Below, one piece after another: positions 1 through 14,910 of a stretch of 64,000 nucleotides of DNA. How positions within the stretch are numbered: the first letter of the stretch is position 1; the number at the start of each line of letters is the position of its first letter. The DNA lies in the NCBI RefSeq assembly GCF_009914755.1, contig NC_060929.1, one strand, 5' to 3'. The notes beneath the pieces were generated by a model that saw only the letters and a program-made list of their open reading frames with translations, was not told the DNA's origin and did not search any database. The position numbers were made by a program, and so were the translations under genes. The DNA comes from the human T2T-CHM13v2.0 reference genome, Homo sapiens.

Positions 1-329
1 AGAAAATAAAGACCAAGGACCAATTTAAACAGTTGAAAATTATATGAAGCAGTGTTTTATGGAGAGTAGTAATGAACTCTTCTTCACCTTTTTTGAGGCT
101 GTCCAAAGAAGAAATGAAGTTAGATTATTGCAGAATTACATAAGTTAGTAAGCATGGACTGACCAGTTCTTTCTAAGACACATACTTGAGTATTTATTCT
201 CTTCAGTTGCAATGAAGGTGACAGTGAATTTGCTGAATAGCTGTGTACATGTTTCCCCAAAGAGACCACTGGAATAAAGTTTTGTTTCTTGAGACAGTTT
301 CCATTGCATTTATAAGTCTTGTCCCTTGA

Positions 330-1117
<788 letters not shown>

Positions 1118-1555
1118 TAGCTCATTAGTAAGAGAAAAAAAAAATGCTGAGCCTTAAGAGGGGAGAGGAAAGGCAGTCTTTCTGAAGCTGAATCCTTTGC
1201 CTAAATTGTCTTAGCAATAAATCTTGCCACCTATTGGTAAAAAGGAAGAACTAAAACTAAAAGGTGTTTGCCGTTCTCACAGGTAGTTAGTAGTGTGATC
1301 GAAATAGAATTCTTTCAGCGGTGCTTTTGGATAAGGGGCTTGGAAATATGTGATTTGATATGGAACTTTTCCCTGTGCTTTGAATTTATCATGGCTCATC
1401 TCTAAGTCATAATAGTTTTTTGAGTAGAGGAGGTATGCTGCTCTCATGGTCTCTCTTAAAATTATATTTTTTGAGATAGAATTCCATTTTAATAGATCAG
1501 TGGATTTTAATTGGACACATTTTAGAGGCTTGATTGATTTTGAAAACATTTTTCT

Positions 1556-1951
1556 TTTTTCTTTCTTTCTGTCTTTCTGCCTTTCTTTCCACCACGGCTA
1601 ACTGCAGTCTGAACCTCCTGTGCTCAGTTGATCCTCCCGCCTCAGCCTCCTGAGTAGCTGGGACTACAGGCGTGCGCCACCATGCCTGGCTAATTTTTCT
1701 GTAGAGATGGGGTTTCACCATGTTGCCTAGGCTGGTCTCAAGTGATCTGTCTGCCTCAGCCTCCTAAAGGGCTAAAATTATAGGTGTGAGCCACTGCACG
1801 TGGCCTTTTTTTTTTTTTTTTCTTGAGACAGGGTCTTCCTCTGTCACTCAGGCTGGAGTATAGTGGCATCAACATGGCTCACTGTAGCCTTGACATCTTG
1901 GGGTCACCTGATCCTCCTACCTCAGCCTCTGGTGTAGCTGGGACTACAGGC
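1556..1951 (-). mobile_element. Composite of two old Alu (AluJ/FRAM-like) pieces
   Basis: Partly deleted Alu about 1556-1805 and a right-arm piece 1806-1951, both inside one 15-bp TSD TGAAAACATTTTTCT (1541-1555, 1952-1966). Confidence 0.85.
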
Positions 1952-2226
1952 TGAAAACATTTTTCTAACTCTGTTGTTAGTTTGGGCTTTCCTTCATTCC
2001 AGCCTCTGAAATCCATTATTTCCTGCCCAACGGGACAGGCCAGTGGTGACGTTGGCCTTTGGTGCCAGGGCCTGTTTTTCCAGATCATGGGCACCATACA
2101 AAGATAACTGCCCTAAACGGCATCATTGCCCCAGAGTCATTGAATGTCCTTAAGGTGCATTTGATAAAACAAAAACAGTTTTTTGTTTTGAAAATTCTCA
2201 AGTATTTCCATACTGGGAAAATGTTC

Positions 2227-2510
2227 TTTTTTTTTTTTTGACAGGGTCTTGCTCTGCTGCCCAGGCTGGAGTGCAGTGGCGGGATCTCAATTCACTGCAA
2301 CCTCTGCATCCTGGGTTCAAGCAATTCTCCTGCCTCAGCTGGGACCACCGGCACATGCCACTAAGCCCGGCTAATTTTTGTATTTTTAGTAGAGATGGGG
2401 TTTTGCCATGTTGGCCAGACTGGTCTTGAACTCTTGACCTCAAGAGTGACCCATCTGCCTCGGCCTCCGAGAGTGCTGGGATTACAGGCATGAGCCACCA
2501 TGCCTGGCCA
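2227..2510 (-). mobile_element. Alu (AluS-like)
   Basis: Reverse Alu dimer; TSD AATGTTCTTTTT at 2220-2231 and 2513-2524. Confidence 0.93.
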
Positions 2511-5500
2511 ACAATGTTCTTTTTAATGGTGTTTTCCCCACTATCTGGATAGATATATGAATTCAGTTACTAAGATGACTTAGATTTAAATATAAAACAC
2601 TAGCATAGCAGTTTTTGATTCTTAATATTATCTTAAATCCACCTCCCCTCATTGTCCTCTGTATCTAAACACCCTTCAATTCTTGAGAAAATTAAGATTA
2701 CCAAAGATTAGTAATCTATTTGTGATTGTGTGTGTTGGTGGACATCCTAACAAATTTATGAATAAAGCCAATACTGTTTTGTTAGTGTCCTTATTTTTTC
2801 TTTACGTCTGTTCATATTTGGAATTCTAAGGCACTACCCAGATAATCATTTGATACCCTTTGTTGGCATGACATGTTTGGTCAATTGTTTTGGCAAAATT
2901 ATTTATCCACCACTGGGAACTAAGCACTGTAACAACTAAAGAAAGAGGTCATACAAGGGAAATTGGAAGAACTATATGTTATTTGTTTCAATTTTTATGT
3001 AGTACACCTATATATGTGTGCAAAAAAAATGTAAACTGTTACAAAGCAACATATTGATGAATTTAAATGAGTAGAGCATAATAAAAGCAAAAACCAAACA
3101 GAAGAGTGGTTGGAGTGAGGCCATAATAAACCAAGAGATATTTTCTGAAGGAAGTGAACATGTTTGCATTTTCCAGCATACTGCTATGGATGTCAGCGTT
3201 AGGCTAATACATAGTATTGCAGCGTGATTCAAAAAGGTGAGATAGAGGGGAAATAAGATAGCTTCATAAATATTACCAAGGAATTTAAGACATGAGCATT
3301 TTATGTAGGGAGGTTGAAATGCATTGTTATAATCAGGCTGTGTAATTTCCTTCTGTCAAGACCTACCCATTTACCAGTAATGATACCTTCTTTCTCTTCT
3401 ATTTTTGTCTCTTCCTTTAGGAAAAGGAATATATGCTTACTCATTATTTAAAATTCAGAGTCATTTTCCTGTTCCAGTTGGTTTTGTTCCTGGAACCACC
3501 AAAGAAGAGTAGAATTAGGTGCATGTGAAACTTTTGTTTCTGCTTTTTCTACTCAATCAACTTTTATCCCTTTTTAATTTTTACTCTCTCAACCATCAGT
3601 TCTATATCATGGTATCTCTTCTTGGTCTTTTTGTATTATATTTCCATAAAACCAGATGTACGGGGTTGTTAAAATACTGCCTGGACATATTATCTACCCT
3701 GCACTAAGTGGTCCTATCACAAAATCCAGTTAAACACACATTGAAGTATTTAAATTGTTTCTTTTTTAAATAACATCATATTGGGCATTGGACTTCTTAA
3801 CTAAACTATTTCTTTCACTAAATGACATTGGTTAATTCAACAAGCCATTGTAGGAATTCTGTTAACCCAGTAGCTTCTACTACTATGTTACTATGGTAAT
3901 GACTTAGCTTCCCATAAAGCTGCATTTAAATAGGTGTTTATAGTCACCAATTACCAGGTATTTCAAGTACTCTTTGAAAGGGGACTGCTTGTGGTGGGGT
4001 GGGGGGCGTTAACATAGATACTTCCTCAGTCACGTAGCCATTTGAAGTTTTTCAGGTAGAAGACAGTTGATAGACTATTTGGTGAGCAAATGAATAACTG
4101 GATGAATACCCATCTGGGAACCCCTAAAGAACTGAAGATAGTTCCCTGGCCACCACTGTTCACAGTCATCTATTATGTGCTTACTCTATGCCAAGTGTTG
4201 GGCTGGATTCTGGGGTCACCAAAGGGAAGAGAAAATTTTCACTGCCTTGAGGGTAGCTAAAAACTTAATGGAGGGAAGCTGAGAGCATGAGCGAGCGTGC
4301 CACCCCAGCTGGGTGAGCGGCACACCTTGGGAACAGCTGGGAGACCCCCAGTGGTGTGTGTCTTCCTTCGCCCTTAGCACTTGCTCCTCTCCAGCTCACT
4401 ATGTTTCTTTTCTCTCTGGGGTCTAAGGAGCTTAGGCTTCACTGCCTGCTCCTCAGATTGTGGGAGCAGGAGCAGAGAGTGGGTGCCTGCCACGGGACAG
4501 GGGGTCCTAGAGACAGGCCCCAGCATGGGAAGGCAGTGGAAACCCATGCATTGCTCTCTGGCATTGCCACACGTCTTCTGCTGCCTGCCTTCCAGCCCTT
4601 TGCTTTTCCCCAGCTCCGTCAGCTCCTTGCCTCTGACATCAGTGATGAAAGTCAGGCGTGGGGGGATTAGATTATTTCCATTGGCCTTGATAGACTTAGA
4701 CATATAATAGAAGCTATGATAAGTGAGTTAGTTTTCCATGTTTGTTTACTGAAGTTTATATTACCCTTTATGTCACCAAAACATGCCCGTTTGCAGTCAT
4801 TGCCAGTGTAGTCATGCAAAATCACTTGAGTGAAATAGACTTTGGGGATCTAATCTCAGGACCTAACCACCATTTATAAAGCTTTTTTGGGGAAAATGTG
4901 TTCTGGATTTCGCACAGCCAGCTTACAAATGAGCTTTGGAAACACAATCCACATGTAAGTTGGAGACTTCCTATTATTAGCATTCAGCCCTGCGAGGAGA
5001 GCCCTTGCTTTGTTAGCAGGCCTATGTGTCCTCAGCCCTAAGTTCCTAAAACCAGCACTACTTGAGGAGCTTGAATTGGTGCTCTTGGAGTTCTTTAGAT
5101 TAGTTATGAGACTTCAGAACCTGCTTACCAGCAGTACTGAGCTCAAGAGGAAGCCTAATTCATATCCTTCAGAAGATAATTTTAAGAGAGTGTGTATGTT
5201 TTCGTTTTGTGAACAAAGGAAAGTTAATCTGGTGCTCCGTGTCTGTTTTGTAATTCCCCAAGGGAGAAGGAAAGGGAGGGAAATGATTGATTTCCAGATA
5301 GGATAAAAACCAGTCAGCACACAATGGGTTACTGCCACCGCTTTCTGATAAGGATCCTACTTCAACTATCTGAAGAGATTCTTCAAGGTGGAGGATACAG
5401 TGGTTATATTAGTTACTCTCACCCTTGTTATTATGGAAGGTAAAATTCCTGGATCCTAGATTTAATTTTAAAATAGTAATTTAATAATGTCTGGTGGAAA

Positions 5501-8500
5501 CCTCTTAAAAAAAACACTTTGCAGCACATCTCTGGTAGCCCTGTGCTTGAGATGACTTTTAGGCTGCCAGTTCAGAAGATGGAAGATATAAACTGTGTTG
5601 ATGAGTTGGTTTTTCAGTGGACCCTGTTAGGTTCCTTTTTTAAAAAAATAATAATTTTTATAATGAGTATGTCTTCGTGAGCCCTCACAACCCTTGAAGT
5701 TTTTACTTGTTTGGCAGAACTAAGGGCACTGAACGTTTGTAAGCCGTTCACTAACACTTACAGGAAGGGCATAAAAGGGTGCTCAAGTCAGTCTGTAGGT
5801 GGTGGGGGCGGGGTGGAAAGAGGGGATTCCTGTAGGCCTGGATGAATCAGCCACTGATTTCTGATGGTAGCCCCAGCTGCAAAAAAGTAGGAAGCTTTTT
5901 TTATGGACAGAACTACAACTCCTTTCTTTCAAGTTTTTCAGCCTTTTCACACTTTTCCATTCTTCAGACTTTGCAAGTTTTTAAACAAAATGTTTGTATT
6001 TCCCCAAAGGAAATCACACAGTTGACTGCATTATGAGAGGGAAAGGAGCAAACTCTGTCTCATCTGAGGAGGGGCTCAGATCAGGAGTTGTGTAGGGCCC
6101 TCACCCGGTTGGGGGTGGTGGAGCCTTGGCTGTGTGCAGGAGTGACTGTTCTTGGAGATGTTCTGGTTGGATCATGAGTTTGGGCTTGGAAAGCACTGCC
6201 TCAAGTTCATCAGCAGGAATGAGGTAGAATTCACTACTTGCTGTCTTAAGACCTTTCTGTCTGCCAAGTGTTTGAGCAATCCCTCACATCTCCCCCTTGA
6301 ACTAAAGAGCAACAACTGGTCAAGAGCCCAGCAGGGATGAAAAAGGTTGGCCCCTTGCATCCTTCATCTGCTGTTTAGACTAAGGGCCGCATTGTAGACC
6401 ACTCTCGGCCATGCTGTCCTGAACCCGAGGATCAGCAGAATTACAGGCCCAATTTCAGGCAGACGTGAGCTTGCATCTGATGACAGGCAAGTACCTACAT
6501 GTGTCTTTCATTACTCCGCTGCCTTAGGAGATGCTGTTTAAGTTGGCAGATATGCTTATTTGAAAGCAAAGCTTGTTGCTGGTGAGATTACTGAATTTAC
6601 AAAAAAAAAAAAAGTGGGGGGATCAGATGCCAAGGGAGAGGGAAGGGAGTGTGTAGCATTTAAAAGTGTGGTGAAGCCATCAAGTTAACAAGAAAAAGTA
6701 GAATAAAATGTGGTTCCAATTTGTTGTACTGGGCTCAAGATGATAATATTGCAATAGTAAACTGTAGGGATGTGTGCGTGCAAATGTGATTACATGTGTG
6801 CTTGCTTTCTGAATTTCAAAATTGTAGAAGTTATTAGAAGTTCTAATTTTAGTTCCCAATTTAATTTACTCTGATAGTAAATTAGTAATTTTCAAGGGAT
6901 TTACTGATAATCAGAACAAAGATTTGCAATTTCTAGGACAGATCCCCAATTTTGGGGGTGGGAAGGAGCTACTTTGTATTTCCCTGAAACCTTGAGTTAC
7001 TGGGGCCGAACATGTAGGGCAGATATTGAATGACCAATCCTAATGCTCTTAGCAACTTTGCTAAGTAAAACCCCGCTGCCATCCAGTGGCAATTGGCTAT
7101 ACGGCATGGTAGCTGTAAAATATGCCCTTTTCTGCCTTTTCTCCCTCAGATTCCACCTTTCTCAGATGCTCCCAGTTTTTTTTCCCAGATGGCACCTGAC
7201 ACAGTACTTGACAGGAAAAATTGACTTTATGTCTGGCTTAGGTAATTCAGGGCAAGTGTGCATTTATTTACCTTGTCTCTTCTCCTAGCAATACTAATTT
7301 TTATCTACGTTGCATTTTTATTTTCTCCCCAGATTTGTCATAACACACATACTTTTTCCTTGAATATTTTTGTTACCTTAGCTAAAGAATTAATGCATTG
7401 TGGTATTTCTGCTTGTCATAGTTTTACTTTAGAGTAGATTTCGCTTATATCTTTGTATTTATGCTTTGAGCTGTGGTTTACCAATTTCCTAGCATGTTTC
7501 ATGACACTTATCCTACATTTCAGACAAGGATTTATGTGTCCCATAGGATTCAAGCTGGACTTGGAGAAAGAGCCAGCTAGCAAATGGAATTATTCTGACT
7601 TGTGAAAGGTTCCAGCCTTTTAAAACTAGGCTCTGAGAAATAAAAAAACAAATATTCTTGGGAAGAAACTGGGTTTGTGAGTACTTGGCTAGAAATTTTA
7701 GGAAAGGAAAGAACATTTCCTCTGGCCTCGGGAGCACATTCAATGTGAAATATTGCTGCCTTTAAAAGAGCCAAACTTAAATTTCTATTTGGATCATTTA
7801 CTTGACTTAAAAATAAAGGGATCTATTTTTTTTTAAGGTTCAGAACCCTATTTTAAATAAAATGACATTCTAGTAAGTCAGGCAAGATGCCCCCAACATG
7901 AGCTATTAATTAAAAACAGCCGGAACTTCTGGAGGTGTTAGCAAGTATCTACTATGAGCTTGGGGATTGGCGAAATCTGGTACAAGTTAGTTCCAGCTGC
8001 GCACATTTGCCTTATTACAGTTCTTTATGATAAATTAAATGCATGCTTCATACATCCTTTGGTGTAGTCATATTCTCTCAGCACTTGACTAAGCAGGTGG
8101 AAAGCTTATTTAGTCATAGGATGACTGAAAACAATGAACTATAAACCCATGTATATCCACTCCAAGAAAAGAGCTAATAAATGTCATGTTTTTTATTTTC
8201 CCGTGGACCCCCTTTTTTTTTTTTTTTTGTATTTTATAACCTTTCCAGAATCTTGAGTGATTTTTAAATGTTTGCCCTTTGGTCATAAATGCAGCAAGTA
8301 AATGTGAGTCTGCACACTCGAATGTTATATAAATCAGTTGACCAGTCAGTGTTGGAGCAAACTTCTCAGGATTGCTCTGTGAACTCCCTGTTCTCTGGCA
8401 GTTGCCAAATACAAAGATAAACCAGGAGAGACTTATTCCCAAGAAAAGAATGATTCTGCATCCTTAACTTACATATAAACTGTTGAGATGTTTCATTGTT

Positions 8501-10451
8501 TTGTATGGTCAAGCCCCTTCTCTTGTTCTCTCTCTTCATCAATTAGTATGGAAAATTGGAAGTTTACTGAAAAGAGTTTCGAATCATGGGATTTTAGATT
8601 TGAAAAGGACCAGAGGGATCATCTACTCTTCCAACAAATAAAAAATAAAACCCCCAAAGGAATGAATGATCCATGGCTGGGACATTGGAATCTCTCTATA
8701 AAGGAGAAATCATATTAAGGTATTTTCATCTTAGGCCTCTAACCCCAAGGGTATCTTTACAAAGACTTTATTTTAGTGAAGCCTTCAATAAACAGTGACC
8801 TCATGTCAAGAATTCTAAAGAGAGGGTTATGGAATATTGGTTTGATATTAAAGTCATTGTTATCTTGGAGCTGGCCTGAATGGACTAATAAGTGGCCTGT
8901 CACCAGTTGTAACTTACTTTTACAATTTTAATGTGATTTAAGGGAAGACACTCTTGGAAATGCTTAGTTATGGTTCATACCCATAATCGTGTTTCTTTTA
9001 GGTCTTAAAATTTTATATAATACAGGGGAGTAGATTGCATCAGTACAGTCTTTTTCTTTTTTTCTTTTTTTTTTTATGATGCAAACAAAGCAGTATCTTA
9101 AATTAAATCAAGGTTTCTTAAGGTTCCAGATTCTTATTCCTAAATTTTCCACTGAGTAACCTCCAAATTCTTCTCCTGCCTTTGTCCCTAGTTGACACAA
9201 GTCAGGCCACAATTTTTTTTCTGCAAATGGACGAGCTGCTGCTCAGAGGCTGCACTTACTGGTGAGAGATCCTTCAAGGGAAATGAATCTGGAATGGCCT
9301 GGAACATTTGTCTTTGGGTTGCTCCAGGGCTTTATTAGAGCTTCTGAGATTTCTAAGTAGGTGATGAAATTTAGCAGCATCTGATTTTCTAAAATGACCA
9401 AAGGAGAATTGTTTCAGTCCCTGATTTGCAAAGTACTCACTTTTTGGTCCTCTCAAAATTTTTGTCAGATAAAGATTTTTCCGTGCCATGGATATAAGAA
9501 ATAACCCACTCTTACCGATAAAGGGAAGTTAGTGTTGTAAAGGAACAAATGGTGATTCAGGTTTGGGAGACTTTGGAGGTATTCATTCTCCACTAAGCTA
9601 TATCCCAATACCATCATTATCTGGGTCAGCCTCCGATTCAGCCTCATCCTGTGCTTCAGCAGTGGGGTAAAACAAATGTCACTTGTTAGCTGCTTCTTCA
9701 TGACCTTCATAGACTATGCATTAATTTGAAGCCCTGCCCCCAAAAATAGTGCTTGGGGGGGAAATGAGTTAGTGATTTTGTGAAGATAATGGGAGTTGAG
9801 GAAAACACTTAAGTTTGCTTTTCTGAGCTCTAGCTTCATTTTACTTCTCAGTCTCAGTATTTAATTGTCCCCACTGTTTTTTCTAACTTGGAAGGAAATC
9901 AGATGGCGAAAGTGAAACATACGGCTATCAATGTGAAAAAGCTGCTCCCTATAGCACTGGAATTCTCTTGTCATTAATAGCTCTTGTAGTCGACAGATTA
10001 TAATATACAGAGTCATAAATGTTCTTGTTGTCATTTGGAAAATTACAAATTCCCAAAAAGTGGTGATTATTTGGGGCTTTGGGTCTGCAAGACGTTTCAC
10101 ATTAAAATGCTGATAATATCTTCAAAAACCACAGAGCCATGGGCCTTGCAGGCTTGGTAACTGACTGCCTTTGTGGTGTGGTTTTATTCTTTCTACTGAA
10201 GCACCTGGTTGAAAGGAGTGGGATGCTGAATTCATAGGGGCGTGTTCACAAAAATCTTTAACATCAAGTATCTGTTTATTCAAAATAGTGCATAGTTCAA
10301 AGCAACCTTGATTCCTTAAACTAGATGTTTTTCTGTTCTTTAATGAAAACAGCCTGAACGTGGTTATTAATCTGAGTCTTTCTCCATTCTGACCACCCCA
10401 CTCTGTTTTTCTCTTTGAATATCAAAAAAAAAGTATAAAAACATTTTGTAA

Positions 10452-10755
<304 letters not shown>

Positions 10756-11568
10756 AACATTTTGTAATTTTTTAAAGGGCTACATAAATTCAAGGTATTA
10801 TTGCTGTACTTCTTTTCTGTTACCTTATGAAGTTGATTGTTGTTGAAGCACCAACAGTATGCATACATGGGTATCCAGAATGACCATCTAGTCTCAGTTG
10901 TGCAAAATTCACTATGTAGTCTCATGGATTGAGAGGGGCAATTAGCAAGAGTGTGAGATAATGGAGAACAAAAAATAATGCCAAGCTGGGTTAAAAAAAA
11001 AAAAGTTTGGGAAAGAAAAAACAAGTGCTCAAGACAAGCCTCCTATTTTTCAGTTTGGCCTAGCCCTAGCCCTATTGAAGAAGGTTAGTACATTCACCTG
11101 GCCAGTTTTAGCTAACTTGGTTACCTGGCAAGTGGCGGGGATGCAGTACATTAGTACTTGTCCTGTGGTACAGAGCATGTGTCTCAGGGTGTGGCCACTC
11201 CAGGGAGAGGGAAGACGTGCTTTATGGGGCCTCCTCAGCCATCACTGTGATATGTGCCACCAGGAACCCAGGACCTTTCATGGTCCAGTCTGAGGTGGGA
11301 GCACCACAGAAGCAAGAGCTGCCTGGCCCAGCCAAGCCCAGATTACCCTAAAATCTTACTGCTTTTTCCCCTTCAGCATTTTAAATTATAGGAGCAAGTA
11401 AAAGTGTACATAACGCAAGGCAATCTGAACAGGTGGCTGATAGCTGCTCCATCCAGAGGAAGAGCCATGAAGTTCCCCCGACCCACACATTTCACCCTGT
11501 CTTGTCTACCAAAAATCACATGAAAATGCAGACATAACCATGGAGGAGTAACCCATGAACAAAGGGCT

Positions 11569-11700
11569 GGTAATTACAGTTTAATGCTGTTCTTTTTACC
11601 CCTTTGGCTGGCTGGCTGTGCAAAGGCAGGCCCCGGTAATTACGGTTTAATGTTGTTCTTTTTACCCCTTTGGCTGGCTGGCTGTGCAAAGGCAGGCCCC
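11569..11700. repeat. Tandem duplication, 2 x 66 bp
   Basis: GGTAATTAC...GGCAGGCCCC at 11569-11634 and 11635-11700; 2 mismatches. Confidence 0.97.
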
Positions 11701-11893
11701 ACAGGGGAGTAATGTATTTGTGACAGCCAGTTGGGGTGGGGAGAGATGGGCTGTACTACACTTTGAATTTATTATGTTCTGCTAATACTTTTACTCCTAT
11801 GCTGGAAAGTTATGTTTTCCTTCCTTTGTTAGACAATTTTTGCAGAGTAGTTTAACATTTTCAAACATTTACTATATATAGCACTTTTAAAAT

Positions 11894-12070
11894 CCAGGAA
11901 CTGTCATTTCCAAAGAAGATTCCATGTCTATAATATTAATTCCCTGTCCTCTCCTCATTGCCTTTTTCAGACATCCACTGTAGATAGCCTCTGTTCCCCA
12001 GGAACTAACATTTCCAAAGGAAACTCCCTTGCCTATAATTCCCTGTTATCTTCTTGTTGCCTCTCCTGAA
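11894..12070. repeat. Old diverged direct repeat, period 104 bp
   Basis: CCAGGAACTnnCATTTCCAAAG...CTATAAT...TTCCCTGT...TTGCCT starting at 11894 and 11998. Confidence 0.75.
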
Positions 12071-13311
12071 TAATAATTTTTGATTCAGTACCTTTTAGCT
12101 ATTTATAATGTTATCGTATAATCTGAGTTTGGGAACTGCTTGCCACTTCCAGTTTCTGACACCCAAAACACATTTTATGCTTAGAGAAAACAATAGCACC
12201 CTGACTTTTTAGAAGACATAGTTTTTCCTTGGGGATCCAAACTGGAAGCAGATATTTGAGCTGTGAACACATTTTTTCTTAGAAGAGTCAATTAGGAGCT
12301 GGGTTGAAGCTTCAGTCTATGCACTTAGAGTCAGGTTTTAGGACCAAGAGCAAGCACTGTGGGCACCTGTTGTAAGAAAACATCTGACAGCACGAGGTGC
12401 TAAATTGCTTCAAAATCCTCCATAGCTCGTGGGGATGCTACCTTTTTAGTAGGAGTTTGAAGCCCAGAATGCACTTTATATTATAACCAACACAGTTGAA
12501 AAATAGGTTCCATGTTCTATAAGAATGGATTCATTAAACTGCATGTTCTGGAAAAAGGATGTATTAGAGACTTTGAATTTGAGGATCCTGTGTTATATAC
12601 ATCTCTGAGCCATCTTATCAGGAAGAAAAGCAGCTCCTTAAGGTGCCTGCCTCTTCCTCTAATACTATGTACATATTTCGACCTCTGCCCTCTTTAAGTT
12701 ATTTTCATTTGTCTTGTAGCCAGTATCAGACATGTTAATGACCACTAACTTTGTAAATGAAATTATTGCAGCTCATAATGTCAAGATGTGAACCTAAGCA
12801 GGCCTTAGGTTTTCTGACTTAATAGCCGAACCATACCAGTCTTTCCCTGATCATTGAACCTTCTGTCTTCTGCAGTCAGCAGACCGTCTCTAATGAGAGG
12901 TGCACAGACACTTTTGATGCTTATTTTAAGGGAAGCCAGTGGCAGATGGAGAGCCATCAGATGAAACTGTTATTAATCACACCATTTCTGAAGCTGTTCT
13001 GACTCCACACCCTGCATTGTGACAAACGCCAGGATGCCAAGTTCCTAGTATTGCAGCAGGTTCTTAGTACATAACAAACACTATCAGTGCCCCCAGCTCA
13101 ACTTCGACTAAATGCCTTCCAATAGAGTTAAGCTGTTTTTATCTAATACATGCTAACAGTAAAAGGACACAGACCCTCTTATTTGACCCTCTTAGCATCT
13201 AAGGAATATGATACTTTTTTTCTTTATACTTAGCTGTGTATTCAAAGCTAACACATTCTCTAAGTAACCAAGTTCACACTAAAGAAAAATTGAAGGCCAT
13301 CCTCTAAAGCC

Positions 13312-13570
13312 ATGCTGCTCAGTGTAGGAGCCACCAGCCACATGGTCAAAGCCACACAGAGCCACTGAAAGGTGGCTGCTATAAATTGAGATGTGTTATG
13401 AGCATAAAACAAGAGAGAAATGAAGACTATCTGCTTAATAATTTTTATATTGATTATATGTTGATTATATTTTGGATATGTGGGGTTAAATAAAAGATTA
13501 AATTTCACCTTTTGTTTTTGCTTGTGATGTGGCTACTAGAAAATGTAAAATTACATGTGTGGCTTACAGC
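13312..13570 (-). mobile_element. MER33-like hAT-Charlie DNA transposon fossil
   Basis: GCCACCAGCCACATG...TTGAGATGTG...TGTGGCTACTAGAAAATGTAAAATTACAT resembles the remembered consensus. Confidence 0.75.
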
Positions 13571-14789
13571 GAGACCCCACTATTTACAGGGCACTGAAAG
13601 TCATTCTTCCTCTTAATTCCTCATCTAAACTCTACTCATTGACTATTTTGTGTATCTGCATCTTTTCTTCCAAAATGAATGATCAGCTGCTAGAAGGCAT
13701 GACTATGGAAACAGTGTATCTTCTACTGTGATTTTTCAAGAGTGAGGAAGTTTGGCTATCACCATGGGCGTGAGGAGAGGGGTTCTGTTCTCATTTGGTA
13801 AACATACACCAGATATGCTAAACATCCCATAGAATATCTTAGACAAAGAAAATTACAGTAAGTAGAGAAATGGATCAAAGAGTGGCTATTCTTGGACTCT
13901 CTACTTTCCAGGTCTTTTTGGCTAGAGAACTCTTTTTCTAACTTTGTTGCCTGGCTCTTGGCAGTCAATGTCCAAAGTCGTGCATTGAGCTGCCCCCCAA
14001 AAGGGGCACAGTTTGTAAGGAAACCATATGCCCTATGGGACCTCATGGGATGACACTCAGTTAGTACATAAGGATCTCTTGGAAGGGAGCTGCCTTTATG
14101 TCCTCTAAACCAGGTCATCTCTTATCAGTTAAATCCTGGTGCTGACTAGTACAGCTATATGAGCCTGGACAAATCACTTCTGAGCCTGTTTTTCCTCTCT
14201 GTACAATGACAATGATGATAGAACCTTTCTTATAATGTTATGAAAGATTATATTTTCTGAGATAATTTTAGTAAAGCAACGTAGCATAGAGCCTGATACA
14301 TGTTAAGTACGTTGTGTATATTGGCCATGATTATTATTGGCTTCTTGGTAATGAAAGCATCAAATACTAAGGGCAGCTTTTAGTATATTATTTCTGATCT
14401 TGTGTGATCAGAAATACCACATTTTTGAGAATGTATTATTTTCCAAAGAATTAAATGACTCTCAGAGGGGAATGGATAAACCCACAGAGGTTCTGGAAAT
14501 GGAGCAGTTTCCTGTAAGTATCATGACTTCCAATTAAGCCCCTTTGTCTGTTTTATCCCTGTCACTTGTACTCACTGTGTAGATCATGAGCTAATTTTGC
14601 TTGGACTCTCCCCTCCCGCCATCTCTTAGAGCCCAGCAGTGCTATGCATGCATGGGTTAAAAATTTCAAACTGTCCAAATGAATTGCATTTATTGGCAAT
14701 TTAATGCTGAAACTCAAAGAGGGAAAAGAGGAGAAAAAAAATCAAAGATGAAGTGGAAAGACAAGGGCCCTTGGATGCAGCCGGACAGA

Positions 14790-14910
14790 GGTTGTAATAT
14801 CTGCTCTGCCAAACACTAGTTAAGTGATCTTGGTGTAGTCACCAAACCTCTTGAGTCTCTTTCCCACATACAAAATGAGGTTGATGTGTTTCACAAGGCT
14901 GTTATCATGA
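14790..14910 (+). mobile_element. MIR fragment
   Basis: CTGCTCTGCCA...GTGATCTTGG...AACCTCTTGAGTCTC...AAAATGAGG core. Confidence 0.55.

Noticed and set aside
4356-4707. Overlapping ORFs of about 105 aa on both strands
   Set aside because: Non-ATG or weak starts, no recognisable homology and no exon structure
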